Shown one piece after another: positions 38,286-48,034 of a DNA stretch of 64,000 nt. Numbering within the stretch: the stretch's first letter is position 1; every line of letters starts with the position of its first letter. Under the pieces are notes generated by a model. The model was given only the letters and a program-made list of their open reading frames with translations, was not told the origin of the DNA and ran no database searches. The stretch lies in the NCBI GenBank assembly GCA_963662465.1, contig OY759599.1:6912001-6976000 (forward strand), read 5' to 3'. This DNA is from Desulfatiglandales bacterium (lineage in GTDB: Bacteria; Desulfobacterota; DSM-4660; Desulfatiglandales; Desulfatiglandaceae). A program made the translations under genes and the position numbers.

Positions 38286-40188
38286 GTGCGCCTGTGAAGG
38301 CGCTTTATCAGTGCGGTGAAAGTCCGTACCGGAGTATGCCATAGCTCCGTAGCCGAAGGTAACTGCGTCGCCGCGAGGCGGGGTGGAGAGCAACCGGAGG
38401 CGAAAAGTCAGTCCGTAGGATGACGAACCCGATTCGGTGTCATGTGGTGGCGAGCCTACCGTTCCATGGTGAAGCCTGAAACTCACAGACCACGCTGTAA
38501 TGGCGGTTAAAGCGATGGTTTGACGGCATGGTATGTTTGGGGTCGGAATGACTGGAAGGTAAAGCGAGATAAGCAGGGAGACCTGTCTCTTGGGGTGACA
38601 GGAGGCAGGAGTCAGAGTCCTCATAGTACCGTAGCGACAGAACGGTCCTGCTAACAAGGCTTACGGCGTGAGACCAGTACCCGCCGCCTGCGTCGGATAC
38701 CGGGTTGTGAAAAGCGCGGATAGCAAAACCGTGCCGAGGGAAGGAGGATAGGAAGATAGATACGGAAAGGTCATATAGATGCAGCTAAATCAAGCAGTCT
38801 CGGCAGTGTTGGAAACAACTAAACGCGAGGCAGAAACCCGATGGGATTGGGTGGAAGCATCGGTGTGGACGGAACGTATGTTGGCAGCCCTGGGTAACGG
38901 GGTGAAAGGTGGTAAATGGTACAGTTTGATGGATAAGGTGTTCGCCTTGTCGACGCTGGAAGCGGCTTGGGGACGTGTCAAAGCCAATAAAGGAGCGGCA
39001 GGGATAGACCGTATCAGCATAAAGCGCTTTAAGGAGCAGGCGGAGAAATACCTTGCCGAACTGCATGAAACCTTGAAAGCGGGAACGTACCGACCGGAAG
39101 CGGTAAAACGGGTATACATTCCGAAAAGCGACGGCAAACAACGCCCGCTGGGGATACCCACGGTCAAAGACCGGGTAGTGCAGGCAGCGGTTAAAATGGT
39201 TATGGAGCCCATATTCGAGCATGAATTTCTGCCGATGAGTTACGGCTTCAGGCCGCAAAGAGGTTGCAAGGACGCGTTGCGAGAAGTAGACGCGCTTATT
39301 AAGGAAGGCTACACCTTCATACTGGACGCCGACCTGAAAAGTTACTTTGATACGATTCCGCACGATAAGCTGATGCAACAAGTCGAAATGCGCATCAGCG
39401 ACGGCAAATTGCTCAATCTGATTCAAATGTTCCTGAAACAGGACGTGATGGACGGCTTGGAAAGATGGACACCGACGGGTGGTTCGCCACAAGGGGCGGT
39501 AGTCAGCCCCTTGCTTGCGAATATTTACCTGCATCCTCTTGACAGCCTGATCGCGGAATCAGGTATGCGGATGGTGCGTTACGCGGACGACTTTGTTATC
39601 CTCAGCCGCAGTCAAACGGAAGCGGAGAATGCTTTGCAAAAGGTACGGGAGTGGGTACAGGCTAATGACCTGAGCTTACACCCGGACAAGACGCATCTTG
39701 GCGACTGTCGACAAAAGGGTCAGGGATTTGAATTCCTGGGATACCGGTTTGAGGCAGGAAAGCGCTGGATACGCAGTAAAAGCCGTAAAGCCCTTCGTGA
39801 TAAAATCCGGGAAGAGACCCGGCGCAAACGTAGCGGAAGTATGGAAAGCATCATTGATGATCTGAACCCCATGCTTGAAGGCTGGTTTGGTTACTTCAAA
39901 CACGCCTACCGCACTGAGTTTGCGGCGGTGGATAAGTTTGTCCGCCGACGCTTACGCGCCGTATTATTGCGTCGTAACAAACGCAAGGGCTGGGGCAAAA
40001 GCCTTGAAGCCCACCGCCGCTGGCCGAATGCCTACTTCGCGAAAATCGGGCTTTTCACTATGCATGAGGCCCGGTTAGCAGCGTGCCGATCCCGATGAGG
40101 AAACTATCGACCGGAGAGCCGTGTGCGGGAGAACCGCATGCACGGTTCGGAGGGAGGGGAGAGCCAAGAGGCTCTTTCCTACCCCTAT
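38286..40188 (+). mobile_element. Group II intron (complete)
   Basis: 5' GTGCG; domain V GAGCCGTGTGCGGGAGAACCGCATGCACGGTTC (40116-40148); domain VI ending CCTACCCCTAT; joined exons match the intron-free copy at 44921-44974. Confidence 0.92.
38779..40098 (+). CDS. ltrA: Group II intron reverse transcriptase/maturase, no endonuclease domain
   Basis: GAAGID, RPLGIPTVKDR, SYGFRP, PQGAVVSPLLANIYL, RYADD, FLGY; maturase GWFGYF. Confidence 0.95.
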   Translation: MQLNQAVSAVLETTKREAETRWDWVEASVWTERMLAALGNGVKGGKWYSLMDKVFALSTLEAAWGRVKANKGAAGIDRISIKRFKEQAEKYLAELHETLKAGTYRPEAVKRVYIPKSDGKQRPLGIPTVKDRVVQAAVKMVMEPIFEHEFLPMSYGFRPQRGCKDALREVDALIKEGYTFILDADLKSYFDTIPHDKLMQQVEMRISDGKLLNLIQMFLKQDVMDGLERWTPTGGSPQGAVVSPLLANIYLHPLDSLIAESGMRMVRYADDFVILSRSQTEAENALQKVREWVQANDLSLHPDKTHLGDCRQKGQGFEFLGYRFEAGKRWIRSKSRKALRDKIREETRRKRSGSMESIIDDLNPMLEGWFGYFKHAYRTEFAAVDKFVRRRLRAVLLRRNKRKGWGKSLEAHRRWPNAYFAKIGLFTMHEARLAACRSR

Positions 40189-40256
40189 AGCCCTCAAACA
40201 ATCAAAGTGTAACCCACAAAATGAAGGATGCTGTTAGCAATTTGTTGGCCATTGGC

Positions 40257-40294
40257 AATCCTGTCCATCCTTTAATCTTTTAAATCGTGTTCAA
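40257..40294. repeat. ~9-nt-period repeat arm (reverse complement of 43021-43058)
   Basis: AATCCTGTCCATCCTTTAATCTTTTAAATCGTGTTCAA. Confidence 0.85.
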
Positions 40295-40368
40295 AAACAT
40301 GTGCCTTGATTGCAATCCTTTTTGTCAGTATATTGGGAACAAAATAGACTGAAAAATCCCATCTATCG

Positions 40369-41186
40369 ATGCAAAAAAGTCAAAACGAGGACATGAATAT
40401 AATGCAAAAACACTTGTTGCTGCGTGCTTTCATCGTTCGCCTTTTACTGTTTTTCCTGTTGGCATGCCTCGCGACCCCCGCCTTCGCCAGCGACAAAATC
40501 GGCTTGGACCTGGAATGGCGGCCCATTACGGGGATTCCGAAAGCGCCGCCTGTGGCTACCGAGAGCAGCAGCCGTCCCGGAAAAACCTGGACCGACCCGG
40601 TCACCGGCATGGAATTCGTGTGGACGCCGGGCGGGTGCTACCAGATGGGGTGCGGGAGTTGGGCCGGGAATTGCGATAACGATGAAAAACCGGTCCATGA
40701 GGTGTGCCTGGACGGATTCTGGATAGGGAAGCATGAGTTGACCCAGGGCCAGTGGGAAAAAATGATGGGAGGTAATCCGTCTCGTTTCAAGGGAACAAAC
40801 CGTCCGGTGGAAAAGGTATCCTGGAATGACTGCCAAAAATTCATTGATCGGTTAAACGGAAAGCGCTAGGGGCGTTACAAATTTCGCTTGCCCACGGAAA
40901 CGGAATGGGAATATGTTTGCCGAAGCGGCGGAAAAGCGGAGAAGTATGCGGGCGGAAATGATGTGGACCGGGTGGCGTGGTACACGAAAAACAGCGGCAA
41001 TAAGACCCATGATGTGGGCGCCAGGGCGCCCAACGGCCTTGGGGTTTACGACATGAGCGGGAATGTGTGGGAATGTGTGAGGACAGATGGGCGGACAAAT
41101 ACCCGTCCGGTTCTCAGCGAAATCCCACGGGTCCTGCCGGCGGCGCCGGCGGCGATTTGGGCTTTCGCCTCGTGAGGACAAATTAG
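40369..41186 (+). pseudogene. Exported FGE-sulfatase (SUMF1/CLec-fold) protein, degraded
   Basis: Signal peptide; GMEFVW..GGCYQMG, NRPVEKVSWND; TAG at 40867; RLPTETEWEY, NGLGVYDMSGNVWE; frameshift at ~41075; ends DLGFRLVRTN*; RGGSW segment missing. Confidence 0.85.
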
Positions 41187-41347
41187 CTTTTGGTTTTTTA
41201 CCTTTTTACCTTTTGCCGAAATGCAGCGGAAGCGGACCGACCAAGGGGGGGAGAGATCCTCTCACATTCAAAATTTCGGCTACGACCACAAGCTGGAACC
41301 GTTGTTTGAACACGATTTAAAAGATTAAATGATGGGCAGGATTGCCA

Positions 41348-41525
41348 ATGATCGATAAACCGCAAACAAATTGTTTTCTCATAACGAGCGGCGGGATTAA
41401 CGAATTGACGCATGTGATCATCGGTTGCGCGATGAAGGTTCACAGTTCGCTCGGCAATGGATTCGAAGAGGTGATCTATCAACGCGCCCTGGTGATTGAA
41501 ATGACTTTTCAGGGGTTATCGTTTG
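41348..41525 (+). pseudogene. GxxExxY protein, 5' fragment
   Basis: Near-identical to 43063-43240 (LGNGFEEVIYQRAL), then breaks off. Confidence 0.82.
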
Positions 41526-41834
41526 ACAAAGGGCAAGAAAGAATTGTCGGAGACGATGGAAATGCAGATTGAAGAAAAAGACGTGGTCGATAGACTCCAA
41601 GCATATCTGGATCACCATATTTCTCTGTCACAACTGGTTAACTGGGCGGAGCGGGCGATGATGGATGGGGCTTTTGTTGGAGAAAACCGGGAAAAGGTCA
41701 GGGATATTGTGGCTCGTCTTGGAGTGGCCGATGTTTTTGCCTTTGGTCTATCCTGGGAGGATTTTGAACAGGCATTGACCGCATTGAGATACGGTACGGA
41801 AGTGCGGATTTTTTGTGTTTCGGGATTGAATTGA
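41523..41834 (+). CDS. Hypothetical protein (start uncertain, probably ~41556)
   Basis: ORF with helical character (ISLSQLVNWAE..ARLGVADV..FGLSWED); no family recognised. Confidence 0.5.
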   Translation: MTKGKKELSETMEMQIEEKDVVDRLQAYLDHHISLSQLVNWAERAMMDGAFVGENREKVRDIVARLGVADVFAFGLSWEDFEQALTALRYGTEVRIFCVSGLN

Positions 41835-42043
41835 TGTTGTGTTTTTTTGAAGCACGGGATGAAAGTCTTGAGGGTTTGGACGCAGATCGTGCGGGAACAC
41901 CCTAGAATCTTTCTGATACCCGTACACCCAGGAAAAGGGGGTTTCCATGAAAAGCTTCATTTATTTTCAAGAACCTTTTGTCGGCAAAAGCAATACGGGA
42001 TGTACCACCAACCACCCGTGATTTTTCAGGGAGCTATTTGAAT

Positions 42044-42244
42044 ATGGACATTGCCCAAAAAATATATAACGAAGCGCAACGACTTCCAGAGGTTTTGGCC
42101 AGAGAAGTTCTTGATTTTATCGGGTATATCGAAGCAAAACACCGGCTGAATGCCATGGGAACTGATGAACTGAAAAAAGCTCAGGAAAAAGTTATGGAGC
42201 ATATCTGGGATAATACGGAAGATGAGGTTTGGAATGATCTGTAA
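42044..42244 (+). CDS. DUF2281-like antitoxin
   Basis: LPEVLAREVLDFIGYI; acidic tail WDNTEDEVWNDL overlapping the toxin start. Confidence 0.75.
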   Translation: MDIAQKIYNEAQRLPEVLAREVLDFIGYIEAKHRLNAMGTDELKKAQEKVMEHIWDNTEDEVWNDL

Positions 42245-42587
42245 ACCGGGTGATCTCGTGGGGATACTTTTCCCCTATTCCGACTTGGCAACCAAGAAAA
42301 GACGTCCGGTTTTGGTTTTGACGGCGCCTGACCGCCACGGCGATTTTATGGGTTTAGCTGTTACATCAGTGGAAACGGAAGTGTCAGCGGTCGAAATAGT
42401 GAAAGAAGATATGGAAACCGGGACTCTGCCAAGAAAAAGCTGGATAAGATATGACAAACTTTTTACGCTGAGTTCTGATATTATTTCAAAAACTTATGGT
42501 TCTATAAAGAACCAATCGCGCGAGGCCGTCACGGAAAATTTGTGTCGATATATTGGTTGTGATACACTACCCAAGCCGAAAACGTGA
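42234..42587 (+). CDS. PemK/MazF family toxin
   Basis: PGDLV..FPYSD..KRRPVLVL, AVTS and SWIRYDKLFTL motifs. Confidence 0.85.
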   Translation: MICKPGDLVGILFPYSDLATKKRRPVLVLTAPDRHGDFMGLAVTSVETEVSAVEIVKEDMETGTLPRKSWIRYDKLFTLSSDIISKTYGSIKNQSREAVTENLCRYIGCDTLPKPKT

Positions 42588-42662
42588 ACTCTTTCCCGCC
42601 CCAGCTTGTCAGTATATTTCGGTCAGTGTGCGGTCCGAGCCCCCTCGCACTGCCCAATCCGA

Positions 42663-42965
42663 CCGCCCCGGCCAAACCTGGACCGACCCGGTCACCGGCA
42701 TGGAGTTCGTGTGGGCGCCGGGCGGGTGCTACCAGATGGGGTGTGGGAGCTGGGCCGGGAATTGCGATAACGATGAAAAACCGATCCATGAGGTGTGCCT
42801 GGACGGATTCTGGATAGGGAAGTATGAGGTAACCCAGGGCCAGTGGGAAAAAATGATGGGAGGCAATCCGTCCTATTTCAAGGGAACAAACCGTCCGGTG
42901 GAACAGGTATTCTGGAACGATTGCCAAAAATTCATCGAGCGCTTAAACGGAAAGCGCCAAGGGGG
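42663..42965 (+). pseudogene. Second FGE-sulfatase fragment (duplicate of 40572-40872)
   Basis: Near-identical DNA; lacks the signal-peptide region and the whole C-terminal half. Confidence 0.85.
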
Positions 42966-43062
42966 AAGAGACCCACTCACATTCAAAATTTCGGCTACGG
43001 CCACAAGGCGGGACCGTTTTTTGAACACGATTTAAAAGATTAAAGGATGGACAGGATTGCCA

Positions 43063-43476
43063 ATGACCGATAAACCGCAAACAAATCGTTTTCCCATAAC
43101 GAGCGGCGGGATTAACGAATTGACGCATGTGATCATTGGTTGCGCGATGAAGGTTCACAGTTTGCTCGGCAATGGATTTCAAGAGGTGATCTATCAACGC
43201 GCCCTGGTGATTGAAATGACTTTTCAGGGGTTATCATTTGCGCGTGAAAAGGAAATGTCGATATTTTATCGCAATAAACAAATTGGAACGAGAAGGGTCG
43301 ATTTTTTTGTTGGCCATCGTGTGATGGTTGAATTGAAAGCTGTGGAAAAAATACAGGATGTTCACAAGGCACAGGCTATCAATTATCTGGAAGCCTATGG
43401 TATTGCCGATGGATTGTTGATGAATTTCGGAGGACGGCGTCTTGAATTTAAACGGCTTTACAATAAGGGCGAATGA
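43063..43476 (+). CDS. GxxExxY protein (PD-(D/E)XK superfamily)
   Basis: LGNGFQEVIYQRAL, RVDF, VELKA, AQAINYL and GLLMNFG motifs; flanked by repeat arms 43021-43058 and 43501-43540. Confidence 0.92.
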   Translation: MTDKPQTNRFPITSGGINELTHVIIGCAMKVHSLLGNGFQEVIYQRALVIEMTFQGLSFAREKEMSIFYRNKQIGTRRVDFFVGHRVMVELKAVEKIQDVHKAQAINYLEAYGIADGLLMNFGGRRLEFKRLYNKGE

Positions 43477-43532
43477 TTATTCGTTCCTACGCCATCTTCT
43501 AATCCTGTTCATCGTGTTAAATCCTGTGAATC

Positions 43533-43847
43533 GTGTTCAAAACGGATAGCAGGCTGCGTATCCACTGTCGATTGGACTTTAAAAAAGGCCGGTCTTATCT
43601 TTTCCCCGCATGTGTGGACCCGCAAAACGTCAGCTATCCCGTGGACCCGCCCCTGGGCCGGATGGTCTTTAAGGTGATCGGGGTGTCCGCGGATGACCCC
43701 CATGCGGATCTGGCGGAGGGTCTGGATGCATCTTTGGGTTATTATCAGCTGCATCAAAAGGATCTTAAGACCCTCATCGGCAGACTTCTGGTTCTGCCGC
43801 CGTCTGCCTGGTGGGAAGAGAGCGTCGATTTCTGGGTGATGGACTGA
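43533..43847 (+). CDS. Hypothetical protein or 3' gene fragment
   Basis: Open frame with host-like codon usage starting at the edge of the repeat arm; no family recognised. Confidence 0.3.
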   Translation: MFKTDSRLRIHCRLDFKKGRSYLFPACVDPQNVSYPVDPPLGRMVFKVIGVSADDPHADLAEGLDASLGYYQLHQKDLKTLIGRLLVLPPSAWWEESVDFWVMD

Positions 43848-44048
43848 TGGAAGGGGTGTCATGTTTACCTTTCCGTTACAACATGTTGTCAGTTGAGAGG
43901 CCCTAAGGGCCTAATGCGGCTTTGTCTTTTTGAAAGTGAGCAAAATAGATCGGGCGTGTTTTAAAGACCGGCGTTATTTCACCCTGGGACAGGATCTCAA
44001 TGGCCTTTTGAAAGCGCAATATCAGGTCTTTAAGGGGTTTGGCGGGGT

Positions 44049-44552
44049 TCAAAGAACAGGAAGCAGGCGGCGTGCGTCCTTCAACAATAGTAAAAGCTGT
44101 TGCTCTCGAAGTGGTGACGGAACAAAGCCGAAACGCAAATAGAACCGGGCTGCATTGTCATCAAGAGGGTGCGCCGGCAAGGCGCGTATGCCGGCTTGTT
44201 CAGCTACCGTGAGAGTACGGCGAATAGCGTCTTGAAGGAGGCCTCTGCCAATACCGTGGCCTTGATAATGGATGGAAACGGCAAGTCGGGCGAGGATAAC
44301 CACGGGAATAGGATAATGCCCCATGCCCTTCCGGATTCGCTCAGGCGCTTCCATCGTGTCTACCTGTCCGACGGTCAGGCTGTAGTATCCAACAACTCGG
44401 TCATCAGCGACCACCACAAAAGTCTTGGCAGAACCACTGGCCTGTGCTTGAAGGGCATAACGAATCAACCACTCATTCATGGGCGGCCTGCCGCAGTCGA
44501 AGGACTTGAGGCGATGATCCCTGTTTATAGCCCCGGGGGCACTCAGGTACAT
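44049..44552 (-). CDS. GNAT acetyltransferase toxin (TacT/AtaT-like)
   Basis: FDCG, IPVVILARLAV, QGHGIGRGLL and FYLRFGF motifs. Confidence 0.9.
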   Translation of the reverse strand: MYLSAPGAINRDHRLKSFDCGRPPMNEWLIRYALQAQASGSAKTFVVVADDRVVGYYSLTVGQVDTMEAPERIRKGMGHYPIPVVILARLAVSIHYQGHGIGRGLLQDAIRRTLTVAEQAGIRALPAHPLDDNAARFYLRFGFVPSPLREQQLLLLLKDARRLLPVL

Positions 44553-44848
44553 GGATCATTCCATGGTGCAGGTTTGGCGTAAAGTTCCCGCAATCCGGCG
44601 TTGTCCTCAGCGGTACGGTCCAATAACCCCAGGAATTCCTCATATCGTTCACTTGAAACCATGAACATACGGCGATTTAGCAGGGTCTGTTCGGCGGCTT
44701 GGCACGCACTGTCCATGATGAACTCGGTCAGTGATTTGTGGCAAGTCTCTGCCGCGCGGCGAAGGACCGCCTCCTGTTCCGGCGTTGCCCGAAGTCCAAG
44801 ACGGGAGGATTTTGCGGTTCGTTTTCTAACAGGTTCCGTGGCAGCCAT
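44543..44848 (-). CDS. DUF1778 RHH antitoxin (TacA-like)
   Basis: RLGLRAT..LRRAA..SLTEFI..PAPW; palindrome GTACG-N5-CGTAC upstream at 44889-44903. Confidence 0.9.
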   Translation of the reverse strand: MAATEPVRKRTAKSSRLGLRATPEQEAVLRRAAETCHKSLTEFIMDSACQAAEQTLLNRRMFMVSSERYEEFLGLLDRTAEDNAGLRELYAKPAPWNDPCT

Positions 44849-44920
44849 GGCAAATCTCCTTCATATGGGATGTACTTCTGAAATGTTAGTACGTCCAACG
44901 TACAATATCAAGCCAAATCT

Positions 44921-44974
44921 ATGGGAACGAGTCCTTAAAACAATCAAAGTGTAAACCACAAAATGAAGGATGCT
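44921..44974 (+). repeat. Intron-free copy of the group II intron insertion site
   Basis: ATGGGAACG|AGTCCTTAAAACAATCAAAGTGTAAACCACAAAATGAAGGATGCT versus 38277-38285 joined to 40189-40232. Confidence 0.85.
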
Positions 44975-45038
44975 ATAAAATCTAAATCTTTACTTCATTT
45001 TCCATTGAGGCTTTTGACGTGAAACAACGTCAAGGCCT

Positions 45039-46337
45039 TTAATCGGGCAAGAGATTGTAATAGTATCTCATGGTGTCGCTTCGGGTAATGATGCCGATCA
45101 GGTTTCCTTCTTCAATGACGGGGAGCCGCCCGATATCCTCCCGGACCATAAGTTTAACGGCGTTGATGATGCCGCTCTGGAGATCCACCTGCCGGACTTT
45201 GGTGGACATGAACGCTTTTACGGGGGCGCTCATCTGGGAATTTTTTCGGACTTTCCGGAAGTCTCTCCTGGAAATAATGCCCACGACTTTAGGGCCTTCT
45301 GTAACGGGAAACCCCGTGCAGCCTTTTTCGCGCAAAAGATGCGCGACTTCTTTCATGGTTTTATCAGGCGATACGGAAAAGACGGGATAGCTCATGAGAT
45401 CGCTTATTTTTACAGTGGCGCTGTGATTTCCTTTCAGTAATTCAAAGACCCATGCCGCTGCATCTTCAAGGCTCATGGATCGGACCAGGGCTGATCCGGC
45501 GTTGGGATGCCCACCGCCGCCCAGGATTTGCATGATGGCCCCGATATCCACCGTATTGGGAGAGCTTCTGCCGATCACGAGACATAGATCTCTGGCTTCC
45601 TCAAGAAAGATGCCGACGGCGACGTCAACATTGACGATATCCTGATACATATTAACCACCAGGGAAAGTCCCGGAACGTGACCTTTGATTTTTGTCATGC
45701 CGATGCTGACGGTATGGCCGCCTAATTTCTTTCTTCCGGCGGTTTTAAGCATTTCAAAGAGGACATCTTTTTGTTTGGGGCCATAAGCCGGACGAAGGAA
45801 ATTTTTGATCATGGTGAGGTCGCCTCCCTGCTCCAAAAGAAAAGCGACGGCTTTTGCGTCCTTGGGGGTGGTGGAAGGAAAGCTCATGCTTCCCGTGTCT
45901 TCATAGATGCCTGCAAGAAACAGGGTTGCTTGAATGGGAGTGATGCGCTTTCGATTTTTTTTAAGTTGAAGGGCAAGAAGCGTGACGGCGGCGCCGACTT
46001 CCTCGATATGGGTTTTTGAAGCGCCAAAATTACCTGAGGGTTTATGATGATCCCATATGTGAATATCCAGATCCGGTTTATCCTTGAGGTCTATTAAGTC
46101 ATCCAACCGCGACCAACACGGCGCATCCACCACCACGAGCCCGGACACTTCACGCATGTTAATGTCGCCCGGCGTCTTAAAGGAAAAGAGGTCTTTATGA
46201 AGCGACAGAAAGGCTTTTACATTGGGATTGATGCTCTTGGGAAGAACGGCCAGTGCGTCTCTGTAAATTAGAGTTGCGGCAAAAACAGATGCAATTGCGT
46301 CAAAGTCGGCGTTTTTATGCGTCGTTATGATTTCCAT
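45039..46337 (-). CDS. DHH/DHHA1 phosphoesterase with tandem CBS domains
   Basis: THKNADFD, WDHH, GIYEDTG, GGGGH; C-terminal CBS pair. Confidence 0.88.
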   Translation of the reverse strand: MEIITTHKNADFDAIASVFAATLIYRDALAVLPKSINPNVKAFLSLHKDLFSFKTPGDINMREVSGLVVVDAPCWSRLDDLIDLKDKPDLDIHIWDHHKPSGNFGASKTHIEEVGAAVTLLALQLKKNRKRITPIQATLFLAGIYEDTGSMSFPSTTPKDAKAVAFLLEQGGDLTMIKNFLRPAYGPKQKDVLFEMLKTAGRKKLGGHTVSIGMTKIKGHVPGLSLVVNMYQDIVNVDVAVGIFLEEARDLCLVIGRSSPNTVDIGAIMQILGGGGHPNAGSALVRSMSLEDAAAWVFELLKGNHSATVKISDLMSYPVFSVSPDKTMKEVAHLLREKGCTGFPVTEGPKVVGIISRRDFRKVRKNSQMSAPVKAFMSTKVRQVDLQSGIINAVKLMVREDIGRLPVIEEGNLIGIITRSDTMRYYYNLLPD

Positions 46338-46544
46338 GGATAACGTCCTTTGCAAGACCAAGCGCGTTCTTTAGTATAACGTGTGAATATCCGAAAGGCA
46401 AGCTTGGGCTGATGAGACGCCAGGGTGAATTTATTCTTCCGAATTATCCAAATAAAATATAAAAGTTGCGCTACATTATGGACAGAAACCCTCGGATGGT
46501 GTATATACTGTGACAGGCACCAAACCAATTCGGGGTTTAAATTC

Positions 46545-47785
46545 TTGAACGTTAAGCAAGTCCGCATTCAAATAGTCCGCCCGCTTGAAGAACAACGCTT
46601 TCAGCATCTGATGCAGTCGCATCATTATTTGGGCGCTCTTCCCAAGATCAGCGAAACCCTCTGGTATACAGCTAGACTAAATAGTGAGTGGATTGCGCTT
46701 GTCAGTTTTTCTGCTCCCGCTTTGAAATGTACACCAAGGGACAGCTGGATCGGATGGAATTTTCGCCATCAATACGATCGACTGAAACTGGTAACCAATA
46801 ACAGTCGTTTTCTAATTTTGCCCGAATGGCATATTCCGAATCTCGCATCCCGTATCCTTTCATTATGTCGGAAGCGAATGCAGGCTGATTGGCAGGAGCG
46901 TTTCGGGCATCCGGTTGTACTCCTGGAAACCTTTGTGGACCCAAAGCAATTCCACGGAACCGTATATCGAGCGTCCAATTGGATATATGTTGGTAAAACA
47001 AAGGGTTTTCATCGAACTCGCCAAGGCTACAGCGATAAAGCGGATTCACCGAAAATGGTTTTTCTTAAACCATTGGTTTCCAATGTTCAAGCACTGTTAT
47101 CCCGACCTGTTCTCAAAAAACCATATCTTACAGGAGGTTACAAAATCATGCTCAGTGCGGAACATATGAAATCTCTACCCGACTTTTTTGCTCAAATTCC
47201 CGACCCGCGTCGATCCCAGGGACGACGTCACAGGCTCTCCACTGTTCTGGCCATTGCCACCGCCGCAACACTGTGCGGAATGCGCGGTTATCTGGCGATA
47301 TCCGATTGGGTAAATGGTCTTGGACAAAAAGCCCTTGAGCGTTTCCGTTGCCGATATGAAAATAAGCGCTATGTAGCTCCCAGTCAGTCTACTATCCGTG
47401 ATGTTCTGGTTCGCGTTGACCCCACAGAACTCGACAAAGCTCTCCAGCGTTGGAATCTGCTTTACGGTGAACAGGACGAAAGCTTGGCCATCGATGGAAA
47501 AACCATGTGTAATGCCATCGATGAACAAGGTTATCAGACTCACATCATGAGTGCTGTCGGCCATCAAACTAAGACCTGTTACACCCAAAAAAAGTCGGTT
47601 CTCTCCCTGTAGAAGGCAAAGACGAACTCAAGCGAACCAATGAAATCAAAACGGCTGCCCCTTTACTGGACGCGATCGATATCGAAGGCAAAGTCATTTC
47701 AGCTGACGCACTGCTAACCCAAAGGACTTTTGCTAAATATTTGGTCGAGCAACGCAACGCCCATTACCATTTCATCGCCAAAAAC
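46545..47785 (+). pseudogene. DUF4338-ISAs1 transposase, 5' part (frame 0 stops at 47612; -1 frame continues to the IS21 insertion)
   Basis: HHYLG..RDSWIGW..NNSRFLILP..NLASR (DUF4338); IPDPR..GRRH and LAIDGKT; A_AAA_AAG at 47588-47594; then TNEI..ADALLTQ. Confidence 0.85.
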
Positions 47786-48034
47786 TTCAACGCTAATCAA
47801 AACTGAACCAAGTTTGCTAATGGAAATTGAACCATTGGCTGTCACCGCCAGTGAGTACGGCCCTCAGGTATAGCGGACGATGAGGGATCCATAAGTGGCG
47901 GCAAAGGAGTCGTTGATGTAGATTTACTTTTCAATAAATTTTTATAAAATCTATTTTCTTTGGATTTGGTTTTCTTCTTCCAAGACAGAGGCTTGGTTAA
48001 GTGGAAATGCGATTTACTTTGTAGAATGGATGGT

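Noticed and set aside
38779..43035. RT next to two similar FGE-sulfatase copies as an active DGR
   Set aside because: The RT lies inside a complete group II intron. The duplicated part is the N-terminal half of the FGE gene, the differences are not confined to adenines, and no TR or avd is present.
38146..43540. Repeated TTGAACACGATT motifs as a CRISPR array
   Set aside because: The copies are hundreds to thousands of bp apart and in both orientations, with no regular spacers and no cas genes.
46545..47150. DUF4338 as a Druantia defence system
   Set aside because: It is fused to an ISAs1 transposase within IS ends; no DruE helicase or other dru genes are present.
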